Below the pieces are notes generated by a model. The model was not told the DNA's origin and did no database searches. It saw only the letters and a program-made list of their open reading frames with translations. This document shows positions 40,517-50,476 of a stretch of DNA of 64,000 bases, piece after piece. The stretch's first letter is position 1. Each line of letters starts with the position of its first letter. A program made the position numbers and the translations under genes. This DNA is from an uncultured Pelagibacteraceae bacterium (GTDB lineage Bacteria > Pseudomonadota > Alphaproteobacteria > Pelagibacterales > Pelagibacteraceae). The stretch covers positions 2,933 to 66,932 of the forward strand of contig CACGGJ010000004.1 in the NCBI GenBank assembly GCA_902572515.1, written 5' to 3'.

Positions 40517-42127
40517 TTATTCTGTAGTTTTGTATTTACTATTATTAATTATAAATACAAATACAATTGGAAGAATTAAAGTTAAAAGTGTTACAACTAT
40601 CAATAAAATTCCAAGTTCAGAATAATCTGGTGTAGTTTGTATTTCGCCAGAAACCTTATCCTTAACCTCTCTTGTTACAGTAAATATTTCATTTAAATAT
40701 TTTGTTCCTAACGCACTCGCTGATAATGCTAGATTTGTAAACGATGCAAAAACTGCAAAAAAGGTTGCCTTTAAATGTGCTGGAGCATTTTTTGCTATCC
40801 AAGCTAATAGAGGTATCATTGATACTTGGCCAAGCGGAGACTCCAACGCAGTATTAATTAATGCAATAAACTTAGCATCAACAACTCCACCTGTTAACGA
40901 GGCTGTCCAGTTATGAAAACCATAATACATTCCAACACTTGGTAAAAACAAAATCGCACCCGCAATACTTAGAACTACAATTATTTTAGCAATTGAATTA
41001 TTTGCCATAAAAGGTCTTAACAATACAATTCCTGCTAATGTTAAAATTGATGCCAATAATGATAGAACAGAAAAAAACTGTTCATTAAATCCAAGCTCAT
41101 CAATTTCAAACCAAGTTAATCCTGGTCCAGGACCTGGCATGGCTCTAAATACAAAAATAATTACTGCTGTACCTACAATTGTTAATCTTAGCTCCTGAGG
41201 TAATTCCTTAATTAGTTTAAACATTAAAAACAAAATGATTATGACTGAGCCAATAAACACAATTTCTTGTGCAAACGGAACTTTAAAGGAGCCAATAGAC
41301 AATGTGAATATAACAAAAACTAAACTTCCTCCTAATATCCACCAGTTTATTTTTGTTTTTTCGTTACCTCTCTCATCTTTAAATTCTAGACCTTTAGATT
41401 TTAAAGTTTGTATTTTTTTATGTCTTAAATAATTTGCTAAAATTACACCTAGTATAGAAACTAAAGGTATTACAAGAGCATAAATGTAGATAGTTCCATA
41501 TAAATTTATCTTATCGGCCTGCTCAAGGCTTTCCACATCTCTAAACAATATTACATTAACTAATGCAACAAGTACTGTACCGCCAATAATAGCAAACCTT
41601 CCAAGTGTCTGCATTGTTGTATGCATTATTTTTATTTGATCTTTAGAATAATCATTTCCTGTTTCATCAACCAAAGGAACTGCCTCAACTGTCATAGCAT
41701 CGGCTACAACGTCCTGAACCACATAACCAACTGGAGCTAAAATCACACTTATCACAAACCATGTTTCTACCGAAAATACCTGGGACATATCTTCAGTATG
41801 AATAATCAATCCATACATAATTAGTAAACTAAGAGCTATCAATGAAGCTCCGAAATAGACCATGTAATTTTTTCTCTCCCAGATTAGATCTACTAAATGT
41901 CCTAATGGCATTTTTAATGCCCAAGGAATTCCAGCCCAAAAACCTAGGCCTGCTAAAAATGCTGCTGATAAATTTAAATAATCTTTAACAAAAAATGTAC
42001 CAACAATACCTGTTAAACCAGATATTCCTGCAGCCATATAAACCATTAATGGAGGTAGATAAGTCCATTTAAATTGACGACCCAAATCAAAAAATGTGCT
42101 GTCTAAAAATTTAATTATTTTGCTCAT
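40517..42127 (-). CDS. MFS-like transporter, folate/biopterin (BT1)-related
   Basis: About 12 TM; PWALKMPLGHLVD, QDVVADAMTVE, ATFFAVFASFTN. Confidence 0.6.
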   Translation of the reverse strand: MSKIIKFLDSTFFDLGRQFKWTYLPPLMVYMAAGISGLTGIVGTFFVKDYLNLSAAFLAGLGFWAGIPWALKMPLGHLVDLIWERKNYMVYFGASLIALSLLIMYGLIIHTEDMSQVFSVETWFVISVILAPVGYVVQDVVADAMTVEAVPLVDETGNDYSKDQIKIMHTTMQTLGRFAIIGGTVLVALVNVILFRDVESLEQADKINLYGTIYIYALVIPLVSILGVILANYLRHKKIQTLKSKGLEFKDERGNEKTKINWWILGGSLVFVIFTLSIGSFKVPFAQEIVFIGSVIIILFLMFKLIKELPQELRLTIVGTAVIIFVFRAMPGPGPGLTWFEIDELGFNEQFFSVLSLLASILTLAGIVLLRPFMANNSIAKIIVVLSIAGAILFLPSVGMYYGFHNWTASLTGGVVDAKFIALINTALESPLGQVSMIPLLAWIAKNAPAHLKATFFAVFASFTNLALSASALGTKYLNEIFTVTREVKDKVSGEIQTTPDYSELGILLIVVTLLTLILPIVFVFIINNSKYKTTE

Positions 42128-42561
42128 TAGTCACTTAAAACTGGAAAAGCTTGTCTAACTTTTAAAAAATATTTTTGATATTCCATTTTAGTACATTTGT
42201 TTTCAATATACTTAATATCATTTTTTTCCATCAATTCTTTTGCCTTTTCGTCTCGTATACCGAGCTGTAACCATAAAACTTTAGCACCAATTTTAACTGT
42301 ATCTTCTGCAATAGCATAAACTTCTTTTGATGGTCTAAAAACATCTACAATATCAACCTGATCATTAATATCAGATATTTTAGCAAAAACTTCTTCTCCT
42401 AGAATTTTTTGACCCTCAGCTCTAGGATTGACAGGATAAACTTTAAATCCATATTTTTGCATATATTTCATAACTATAGTTGATGCTTTTGTTGGGTCGT
42501 TACTAACTCCTACCATTGCAATTGATTTATATTTAGAAAGAACTTCTTTGATATCACTCAT
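42127..42561 (-). CDS. CoA-binding protein (YccU-like)
   Basis: IAMVGVS, YPVNP, DIVDVFRPS, WLQLGI. Confidence 0.88.
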   Translation of the reverse strand: MSDIKEVLSKYKSIAMVGVSNDPTKASTIVMKYMQKYGFKVYPVNPRAEGQKILGEEVFAKISDINDQVDIVDVFRPSKEVYAIAEDTVKIGAKVLWLQLGIRDEKAKELMEKNDIKYIENKCTKMEYQKYFLKVRQAFPVLSD

Positions 42562-42743
42562 TTATTATTTTTAATTTGTTCCTCACAAAATATTTTAGCT
42601 TCAGGAACTGTCATTGGTTTTTCTAGTTTTTGGCTACCAGCAATACATGCATCTATTGCTCTTTTTTGATTATGATCTTTAAAATTATAAATTACAAACA
42701 TTCCAACAATAATAAAAAGAACTATTAAAACATTCTTTATCAT
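42558..42743 (-). CDS. Small membrane-anchored hypothetical protein with two Cys
   Basis: N-terminal TM; overlaps both neighbours in an operon-like way. Confidence 0.6.
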   Translation of the reverse strand: MIKNVLIVLFIIVGMFVIYNFKDHNQKRAIDACIAGSQKLEKPMTVPEAKIFCEEQIKNNK

Positions 42744-43522
42744 TATTTATTTTTCCATTTTGGTTTTCGTTTTTCGAGGAACGCAGAAATTCCTTCTTTT
42801 GCATCCATTGCCATCATATTAAGGGTCATCATTTTACTTGTATAAGCGTAAGCTTTACTTAGTGGCATTTCTAATTGTTTGTAAAAAGCTTGCTTTCCAA
42901 TTTTTATTGTTAAATTAGATTTAGAAGCAATTTTATTTGCTACCTTTAACACTTCTTTGTTTAATTTGGCTTTTGAAAAATTATCATTTATCAAACCTAT
43001 TTCTTTTGCATAATTTGCATTGATAGGTTCTCCAGTTAAAAGCATTTTCATCATAGGTTTTCGATTTATCTTTCTACTGACAGCCACCATAGGTGTACTA
43101 CAAAACAAACCAATATTTACACCTGGTGTAGCAAACAATGCGTCCTTAGTGCTATAAGCTAAATCACAACTTGCAACTAATTGACAGCCAGCTGCAAATG
43201 CAGCTCCATGAACTTTAGCAATTACAGGTTTTCTACCTTCAACAATTTGAAGCATTACTTTTGAACAAAGATTAAATAATTTTAAATATTTATCTCTCTT
43301 TTTTAGACCTTTAACTTCTTTTAAGTTATGACCTGCACTAAATCCTTTACCAGCACCCTCTAATATTATTACTTTAACTTTTTTATCAGTATCTAATTTT
43401 TTTAATGCCTTTAATAAATCTGAAAGATTTTTGAATGATAAAGAGTTATAAGTTTTTGGTTCATCAATAATAATTGATGAAACTTCGTTGTTATTTTTTT
43501 TAATTTTAATGTTACTAGTCAT
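42743..43522 (-). CDS. Enoyl-CoA hydratase/isomerase family protein (ECHDC3-like)
   Basis: FSAGHNLKE, AAGCQLVASCD, TPGVNIGLFCSTP, EGISAFLEKR. Confidence 0.88.
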   Translation of the reverse strand: MTSNIKIKKNNNEVSSIIIDEPKTYNSLSFKNLSDLLKALKKLDTDKKVKVIILEGAGKGFSAGHNLKEVKGLKKRDKYLKLFNLCSKVMLQIVEGRKPVIAKVHGAAFAAGCQLVASCDLAYSTKDALFATPGVNIGLFCSTPMVAVSRKINRKPMMKMLLTGEPINANYAKEIGLINDNFSKAKLNKEVLKVANKIASKSNLTIKIGKQAFYKQLEMPLSKAYAYTSKMMTLNMMAMDAKEGISAFLEKRKPKWKNK

Positions 43523-44374
43523 TTAATCAGTTAATCCATCGGATCTAGCTTGATTTCTTTCTATATGAATTGGTAAAACTTTGCCATAAATAGCTTTAGA
43601 ATGTTCTGGAGTGTTTACTCTCCATGGATCTAAAACATAAGCTGGAATACACATATATCTTGATTTTTGTCCTTCAACTTTTGTTACCCTATGCAAAGTA
43701 AATCTACCTTTAAATATTTGTAAATCTCCTGGCTCTAATTTCAATTGTCTCACTCTAGCTCTATCTCCTCCTATAACTTTTTGAACTTCTTCGAAATTTT
43801 CATTTCCTGGTTCTCTAATATTTGGACAGTACTCAAATATTCCTCCCTTCTCAGGTTTTTGTATCATTAAACTAAGTGTAAATTCACAACTATCAAAATG
43901 CCATGGGAGTACTCCATCTGGTTTCATAACATTGTATGCATGACATGCTAAAGGATCTGCCCATCTGTAAATAGGAGAAATACCTAAACAAGCAGATACA
44001 AATTTTAAAAGTTCTTCAGTTTCGTATAGATATTTCATTTCGGAGTCTTTTGGAAAACAATCTGAGTTCAAATATCCATTGTATCTATTCATAAAAGTTC
44101 TTTTTGGATGATCTTTTGGTAATGAAGGATCATCCTTTGCATACAAGTAAGCATTTATACTCTCTTTAGACATATAAACTTCGTCTAACTGTTTTTCTAA
44201 CTCAGAATTCATTACCTTGAGTGATTTAGGCAAAATAAAATTTGGAATTGTTGAACAACTATGTTGATCAAGTTCTTCTTTACATTTTTTAACTAGATTT
44301 TTAATTATTGGTGAATTTAAATCGTGTATTGGATATTTTTCTAAATCTACAATAGTCTTAAGTCTATCGTTCAT
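43523..44374 (-). CDS. BesD/HalD-fold 2OG-Fe(II) oxygenase, predicted hydroxylase type
   Basis: ADPLA, PWHFD, QKPEKGGIFEY.PNIR, PGDLQIFKGRFTLHRVT. Confidence 0.7.
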   Translation of the reverse strand: MNDRLKTIVDLEKYPIHDLNSPIIKNLVKKCKEELDQHSCSTIPNFILPKSLKVMNSELEKQLDEVYMSKESINAYLYAKDDPSLPKDHPKRTFMNRYNGYLNSDCFPKDSEMKYLYETEELLKFVSACLGISPIYRWADPLACHAYNVMKPDGVLPWHFDSCEFTLSLMIQKPEKGGIFEYCPNIREPGNENFEEVQKVIGGDRARVRQLKLEPGDLQIFKGRFTLHRVTKVEGQKSRYMCIPAYVLDPWRVNTPEHSKAIYGKVLPIHIERNQARSDGLTD

Positions 44375-44380
44375 TTAATT

Positions 44381-44755
44381 TTATTTTAACTTTCCTTCTT
44401 CTCTCATTTTTGCTCTTATCTTAGTAGCTGATATTTTTTGAGTTTCTTCATCCAAAACTATTTCCTCAATCTTATATCCAACTCCCCTGCCATAACAAAT
44501 ATTTGTAATATTAGGTACTAACATTATTTTAAATTGTCCTTCAAATTCAGGATTTAATCTGTCTTCAATGTTTTTTTTTACTGTTTCAAAATCAAAAGGA
44601 TTATCATCAACACCTTGTACATCTCTAATTTGAATACAAACTTGTCCAGTTTTTTTAATAATTTCTTTAAACAAAGTATAATGTCCATCGTGAAAAGGCT
44701 GCCATCTTCCTAACATTTGTGCTGTTGGTTTTTTGTTATCCCATCGGTGTGTCAT
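44381..44755 (-). CDS. Cytidyltransferase-like (HxGH) nucleotidyltransferase
   Basis: GRWQPFHDGH, DNPF, ISATKIR; ATG 44755 overlaps the upstream stop (ATGA). Confidence 0.8.
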   Translation of the reverse strand: MTHRWDNKKPTAQMLGRWQPFHDGHYTLFKEIIKKTGQVCIQIRDVQGVDDNPFDFETVKKNIEDRLNPEFEGQFKIMLVPNITNICYGRGVGYKIEEIVLDEETQKISATKIRAKMREEGKLK

Positions 44756-45162
44756 TTTTTTATCTCCTCTATTATTTTTGGTGCCCAATTTTTTGCATCC
44801 TGAGTTGTTACGTGAAAATCAAAATTCTTAGGATTAACAAACATTTGATTTGTGTCTTCAAATCTTCCCTCTTTAATTGTATCTACCCACACTATAAAAT
44901 CTGCTGGAAACAAGCTTCTTGCTTCAGGTGTTGGTGCAATGAAATCTGCGATTACATAATGACCTTCTGCTTTTAATTTTAAAGCTGCTTCAGCCATTCT
45001 TTTTGCCTGTCTTACCCTTCCTTCCTCTGAAAAATCCCAATCATTTGCAGCTTTTCTTACTTCGTCTGCATTTAGTCTTTTTGCATTTAAGTATGGTGCT
45101 ATTTCATTTGCTAGAGTTGTTTTACCAGCTCCAGGTAAACCCATTACTAAAATAATTTTCAT
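44752..45162 (-). CDS. Short adenylylsulfate-kinase-like P-loop kinase
   Basis: GLPGAGKTT, NADEVR, DFSEEGR, ADFIAP. Confidence 0.75.
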   Translation of the reverse strand: MKIILVMGLPGAGKTTLANEIAPYLNAKRLNADEVRKAANDWDFSEEGRVRQAKRMAEAALKLKAEGHYVIADFIAPTPEARSLFPADFIVWVDTIKEGRFEDTNQMFVNPKNFDFHVTTQDAKNWAPKIIEEIKK

Positions 45163-46397
45163 TAAATATCTTCTAACGGATGATGGGACATTAATTCAAG
45201 TCCATTTTCACCTATGAGGTACTGTTGTTCAAGTTTTACTCCTTCTTTACCACCAACTTTACCAATATAACTCTCAAGTGTGATTGTCATGTTCTTCTCA
45301 AAAGTTCCACCTTCTTCTCCACCGTCAGTTGGATATCTTATTTGAGGCCACTCATCACATAAACCAATTCCATGAACCATACATGAATACCTATTTCCAT
45401 AATATTCATCAGGCAAAACCCAAGATTTTTTTATAAATTCTTTAAAACTCATTCCTGGTTTTATTAATCTAAAATTGTGATCAATTTGATTTCTAGCCAT
45501 TGAATATAGTTTTTTTTGCTCATCATTAAATTTATGTCCAACTACAAAGGCCCTTGATATGTCAGCACAATATCCATATGGACCAACCATATCTGTATCA
45601 AAAGCAACAATTTCTCCTTGTTGCATAACTTTATTACTACTCTCTTGCATCCATGGATTTGTTCTTTCACCAGAAGATAAAATCCTACACTCAATCCACT
45701 CACCTCCATTTTCAATATTCGTTTTATGTAAAATTGACCACAATTCATCTTCAGTCATTCCTGGTTTAAGATCTGATCTCATTTTTGATACACCTTTTTC
45801 TGCAACTTCTATTGCTGCTTTCATACAAGTCAATTCATCAGGTGATTTTATTACCCTTGCTTGTTCTAAAATCAATTTTGCATCTACAACTTCAATGCCT
45901 TCTTTATTTAAAGCTGTAACCGCAGGACCATTTAAAACATCGATTGCAATTTTTTTTGTTTTAAAATAATTTTTTGATAAATCTTTAACTTCATTTATCC
46001 AATTTGATAATTGTAAATTTGCTTGATCTCCATTGCTAAAATAATCCCATGTGATTGCAGGTCTTATTTCGTCAATTAGATTTAAATGCTTTGATAATAT
46101 TTCACAATTAAAATACTCATAAAGAATTGTTGGTCCATTGACTGGAACAAAACAATATCTTGTTAAATTATGCATATTATAAACACTCATGTTGACTGTA
46201 TCTAAAGCATAACGAACATTTACAGGATCAAAGAGAATACAGGCCTCTAAATTGTTTTTTACTAATTCTTTTCTGACCCTATCTAAACGATAGGATCTTA
46301 ATTTATCAAAATTAATCTCGTCTTCTCTTAATCTTTTTTTAGTAATAAAATTCTGTCTTGTTTTTATCTCAGGAGCTATTTTTCTACTAAACTTCAT
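45162..46397 (-). CDS. M24 peptidase-fold protein, DddP-like DMSP lyase candidate
   Basis: YRLDRVR, LFDPVNVRYA.D..NM, SGERTNPWMQE, DTDMVGPYGYCADISR, HGIGLCDEWP, VKLEQQ. Confidence 0.72.
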   Translation of the reverse strand: MKFSRKIAPEIKTRQNFITKKRLREDEINFDKLRSYRLDRVRKELVKNNLEACILFDPVNVRYALDTVNMSVYNMHNLTRYCFVPVNGPTILYEYFNCEILSKHLNLIDEIRPAITWDYFSNGDQANLQLSNWINEVKDLSKNYFKTKKIAIDVLNGPAVTALNKEGIEVVDAKLILEQARVIKSPDELTCMKAAIEVAEKGVSKMRSDLKPGMTEDELWSILHKTNIENGGEWIECRILSSGERTNPWMQESSNKVMQQGEIVAFDTDMVGPYGYCADISRAFVVGHKFNDEQKKLYSMARNQIDHNFRLIKPGMSFKEFIKKSWVLPDEYYGNRYSCMVHGIGLCDEWPQIRYPTDGGEEGGTFEKNMTITLESYIGKVGGKEGVKLEQQYLIGENGLELMSHHPLEDI

Positions 46398-47020
46398 AAT
46401 ACCCTATACAACCCTAACCATGCGTTAACATCTTTGCTTGCAATATAGTCAGATTTAAAAAATTCTACTTCTTCCCACTTCTTGCTATCTTTCAGTATAT
46501 CAATTTTTTTATCAAAACCATACTCTTCGTGAATACCTTCATTTATAGTAAAACAAATTAATCCACCTGGTTTTGTTATTCTTATAAACTCATCTAAAGC
46601 ATTTGGTTTTACATGGCCAAATGTAAACGTACCAACACACATCACTCCACCATAAAAATTATCCTCAGCTTCTATTGGTTGGTTTAAATCAACTTTAACT
46701 AATTTTTGATAAAGATCTTTTGGAACTGTATCTAATAAAGTTTGAGATAAATCAGCTCCATGAAAATTTTTATAACCATATTTTTTCAACTCAACTCCAA
46801 CTAGACCTGTTCCACAGCCTGCATCAAAGATTAGCGTGTCTTTATTATTTTCGTGCTTATTGAAAGTTGCTACGGTTTCCTTTGGGCCTGTATAGTTCCA
46901 ATCAACCATATCTTTATTATACTTATCTTTATCTCCCCACTCGTCGTAGTACTTCATAACTTCATCGGTAGTTTTAAGCTTATAAATTGGAATTTTGTTT
47001 CCTACGTCTTTTTGAGCCAT
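46394..47020 (-). CDS. Class I SAM-dependent methyltransferase (METTL27/WBSCR27-like)
   Basis: YYDEW, DAGCGTGLVG, GADLS, VGTFTFGHV. Confidence 0.85.
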   Translation of the reverse strand: MAQKDVGNKIPIYKLKTTDEVMKYYDEWGDKDKYNKDMVDWNYTGPKETVATFNKHENNKDTLIFDAGCGTGLVGVELKKYGYKNFHGADLSQTLLDTVPKDLYQKLVKVDLNQPIEAEDNFYGGVMCVGTFTFGHVKPNALDEFIRITKPGGLICFTINEGIHEEYGFDKKIDILKDSKKWEEVEFFKSDYIASKDVNAWLGLYRVL

Positions 47021-49425
47021 TAGCTTCTCATTTTTTGACCACTTGGATCATAAAGTGGTTCTTTAATTATTGAGCAATTAAATAAATCTCCATTTATCTC
47101 TACTTGAATTTTATTTTCAGAATTAATGTTTTTTTGATCAACAAAAGTAAACGCTACACTTTTATTTACAAAATGAGCAAAACCACCTGAAGTTACATAA
47201 CCAATACTTTGATCTCCATTCATAACAGCTTCATTATTTGTTACATCAATATCATTTGTTTCAACAATTAATGGTATGAGTTTATTTGAAGAATTTTCCT
47301 TTTGTGCACTTTCTTTACCAATAAACTCTTTATCCCAATTAATAAAAACATCTAGGCCTGTCTCTTTTGCAGTAAAATCTGGTCTATAATCTAAAGTCCA
47401 AGCTCCCCAATTTTTCTCTAACCTCATTGACATTAATGCTCTTCCACCAAATGGTTTAATATTAAATTCTTTTCCAGCTTCCATTAATTCTTCATAAAGT
47501 TTTAATTGATAGTGAGGTGCTACATAAATTTCGTATCCAAGTTCACCGGTAAATGAAATTCTATTTATTATTGCTGGAACACCCCCAACAAACATTCTTC
47601 TAGAATCTCTAAATTTAAATTTTTCATTTGAAACATCGTCTCTCACGATTTTTTCTAAAACTTTCCTTGAGTTAGGTCCCGCGATAGATAAACCATGATA
47701 CTCATCTGATCTATTAGAATAACTTAAATTAAATTTATCTAAATGACTCTCAAACCAACGTCTATGCATTTCTTGAGCAGCTCCAGAACCAAACACCATG
47801 AATTCATTTTCATCTAAACAAGCCACGGTTAAATCACCACATAACTTTCCTCTATATGACAACATTGGGGATAAAGATATTCTTCCTGGCTTTGGAATTC
47901 GTCCAGCCATTATGTGATCTAAAAATTTTCTAGAATCAGGACCTTTGAATTCATGTTTTGAAAAGTTGGCAACTTCGATTAAACCAACATTTTCTCTTAC
48001 ATTAATAACTTCTTTTGAAACATAGTCATGTGATCTCGATCTTTTAATAGTAGGCTCTTCGTGAGCATCTTCTTTATTATTTGCAAACCACAAAACATTT
48101 TCTAATCCAAAGCTATCTCCCATAACAGCACCTTGATTTACAAAACGATCATATAGTGTAGTAGTTTTTTGTTTTCTGCCTTTTGGTAAAGTTTCATTTG
48201 GAAAAGTCATAATAAATCTTCGCTCATAATTTTCTGAAGATTTAATGGTTCCATATTGAGGTGATGCATAATCTCCAAAACGAGCAACATCCATTGCCCA
48301 AACATCTATTGATGGCTCTCCGTCAATAATCCATTCTGCTATACACTTTCCAACACCACCCCCTTGGCAAAATCCAGCCATAACACCAACAGCAACCCAA
48401 TAATTTTTCATTCCTGGTACTGGACCAATAAGAGGACTTCCATCTGGACCAAAGGTAAAAGGACCATTTACTATATTTTTTATCCCTGCACGCTCTAATG
48501 CTGGCATTCTCTCAAATCCAATTGCTAATCTATCTTCAATATTATCTAACTTTGGCTCCAACAATTCATGACCGAAATTCATTGGTGTACCTTCAACTTT
48601 CCAAGGTGTTGATTTAGGCTCATATGTTCCAAGCAACATCCCTTTTCCTTCTTGTCTAAAGTAAATATTTCCCTCGAAATCAGTTCCAATAGGTAATCTT
48701 TGATCACCCATTGCTTCAATTTCTGGAATAGGTTCAGTGATTAAATAATGATGCTCCATTGGTTGAACAGGAAGATTAAGTCTAGCTAATTGTCCAACTT
48801 CTCTTGCCCAAAGTCCTCCTGCATTTATTACTATTTCAGCATTAATGTTTCCTTTTTCAGTAAAGACATCCCAAGTTCCATCCTCTTTTTGTTTCGTGTC
48901 CTTAACAACTGTGTGAGTATAATATTTTCCACCATGAACTTTTGCTGCTTTTGCAAAAGCATAAGTAACTCCTGATGGGTCAACTTCACCATCAATAGGA
49001 TCCCATAATGCTAGCAAGTATCTAGATGGATCAATTAAAGGATGTTTCTTTTTTACTTCCTCTAGAGAAATAAACTCTTGATCAAGTCCCATGTATCTAG
49101 CTTTTGATCTTTCTCTTTTTAAATATTCAGCCCACACTTCGTTAGATGCTAAATAAAATCCTCCACTAGGTTTAAATCCAGTTGAGTGACCAGACTCTTT
49201 TTCTATCTCTTTATACAAGCCTATCGTATAAGCCATCATCCTAGAAATATTCGGATCAGATGAAATTACATGAACATTCCCTGCTGCATGCCAAGATGAA
49301 CCAGAAGTAAGCTCATTTCTTTCAAGCAAGATACAATCCTTTAATCCAAATTTAGATAAATGATAAAGAATAGAGCACCCTACTACACCACCTCCTATGA
49401 TTACTACCTTCGCATGCTTTTCCAT
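47020..49425 (-). CDS. Dimethylglycine/sarcosine dehydrogenase-like FAD/GcvT-domain oxidoreductase (copy 2)
   Basis: GGGVVG, LTSGSSWHAAG, NGPFTFGPDG, SFTGELGYE, SMRLEK. Confidence 0.85.
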   Translation of the reverse strand: MEKHAKVVIIGGGVVGCSILYHLSKFGLKDCILLERNELTSGSSWHAAGNVHVISSDPNISRMMAYTIGLYKEIEKESGHSTGFKPSGGFYLASNEVWAEYLKRERSKARYMGLDQEFISLEEVKKKHPLIDPSRYLLALWDPIDGEVDPSGVTYAFAKAAKVHGGKYYTHTVVKDTKQKEDGTWDVFTEKGNINAEIVINAGGLWAREVGQLARLNLPVQPMEHHYLITEPIPEIEAMGDQRLPIGTDFEGNIYFRQEGKGMLLGTYEPKSTPWKVEGTPMNFGHELLEPKLDNIEDRLAIGFERMPALERAGIKNIVNGPFTFGPDGSPLIGPVPGMKNYWVAVGVMAGFCQGGGVGKCIAEWIIDGEPSIDVWAMDVARFGDYASPQYGTIKSSENYERRFIMTFPNETLPKGRKQKTTTLYDRFVNQGAVMGDSFGLENVLWFANNKEDAHEEPTIKRSRSHDYVSKEVINVRENVGLIEVANFSKHEFKGPDSRKFLDHIMAGRIPKPGRISLSPMLSYRGKLCGDLTVACLDENEFMVFGSGAAQEMHRRWFESHLDKFNLSYSNRSDEYHGLSIAGPNSRKVLEKIVRDDVSNEKFKFRDSRRMFVGGVPAIINRISFTGELGYEIYVAPHYQLKLYEELMEAGKEFNIKPFGGRALMSMRLEKNWGAWTLDYRPDFTAKETGLDVFINWDKEFIGKESAQKENSSNKLIPLIVETNDIDVTNNEAVMNGDQSIGYVTSGGFAHFVNKSVAFTFVDQKNINSENKIQVEINGDLFNCSIIKEPLYDPSGQKMRS

Positions 49426-50465
49426 TAGTATTTAATTTCCTTGTTTACTTTTTTTAGAGATTTATCTGTACCATGATGGAAATGTTTGCTCATATCAGGC
49501 ATATATTTCATTGAAATTGGTTTTTTTCCAATTGCAACTGACATTTCTCTTACGTGGTGTGCTTCTGCTCCACAACATATACCAATAAAATTTATTTTGT
49601 TCTGAACACAATCTTTTGCAAACTCTGCCATTTCAAATCTGTTACAGAACAAGTTGTCTAAAGCTACTGGGAATGCATTACCCCCAGGAATACAATTACA
49701 ACCATGATCAGTTATATTTAAAAAACCAGGTTCTTCCTCTGTTGTTCTGTACGGTACTGGAAGTCCAGCAACATGACACGAAACTTTTTCTCTAACTTTT
49801 TTTAAAAGTTTCATTGTCATTTCAGGTCCTCGATAACAATTTAAACCAACTACATCTGCACCTAGATCTTCCATCATTTTGCAAGCATCTTCAGCGGTAT
49901 GACCTTCTCTAGTTTTGTCTCCTCTGGGAATAGCAAAATTACAAACTGCAATAAGACCTGCATCCTTGATAGCTTTTAATGCTATCTTCATTTCTTCTGT
50001 CCAATTTATAGTTTCTGCAATTACAAAATCAACACCAGCTTCTTTTGCCCAAGCTATCTGTTCTTCATACATTTGTTGACATTGTTTATGAGTATTGGCA
50101 TCACCAGGATCAAATACGTTTGTATTAGCTACATCTCCACAAACCATTAAATCTAAATCTTTAAATTCATTCGCAGCATCTTTTGCTATCTTAAGAGCAT
50201 TTTTTTGGAGTGGCTCTAACATATCTTCTTTGCCAATAATTCTCAGTTTCTCTCTATGACCATAATAAGTAAATGCTTGAACAACATCTGATCCAGCTCT
50301 AATAAATTCTCTATGTAACTGAGTTACTACCTCAGGATGTTCTAAAACTACTTCTGGAACAAATGGACCCGCTGAAAGATAACCTCTTCTTTCCATTGCA
50401 AAAAGGTATCCTTCTGCACACATAATAGGTCCTTCATTTAATCTAGTAATAAGATCTTTTTTCAT
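49425..50465 (-). CDS. bhmT: Betaine-homocysteine S-methyltransferase
   Basis: FAMERRGYLSAG.FVPE, LHREFIRAGSDV.QAFTYY, GLNC and GICCG Zn ligands. Confidence 0.85.
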   Translation of the reverse strand: MKKDLITRLNEGPIMCAEGYLFAMERRGYLSAGPFVPEVVLEHPEVVTQLHREFIRAGSDVVQAFTYYGHREKLRIIGKEDMLEPLQKNALKIAKDAANEFKDLDLMVCGDVANTNVFDPGDANTHKQCQQMYEEQIAWAKEAGVDFVIAETINWTEEMKIALKAIKDAGLIAVCNFAIPRGDKTREGHTAEDACKMMEDLGADVVGLNCYRGPEMTMKLLKKVREKVSCHVAGLPVPYRTTEEEPGFLNITDHGCNCIPGGNAFPVALDNLFCNRFEMAEFAKDCVQNKINFIGICCGAEAHHVREMSVAIGKKPISMKYMPDMSKHFHHGTDKSLKKVNKEIKY

Positions 50466-50476
50466 AATTTATCCTT

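Noticed and set aside
43523-44374. Radical halogenase (BesD-type)
   Set aside because: The iron motif is HFD; halogenases have Gly/Ala in place of the Asp, so a hydroxylase is predicted.
50466-50476. SAM or glycine riboswitch ahead of bhmT or other one-carbon genes
   Set aside because: Only 11 nt of spacer here, and no recognisable SAM-II/SAM-V or glycine aptamer in the other spacers by eye.
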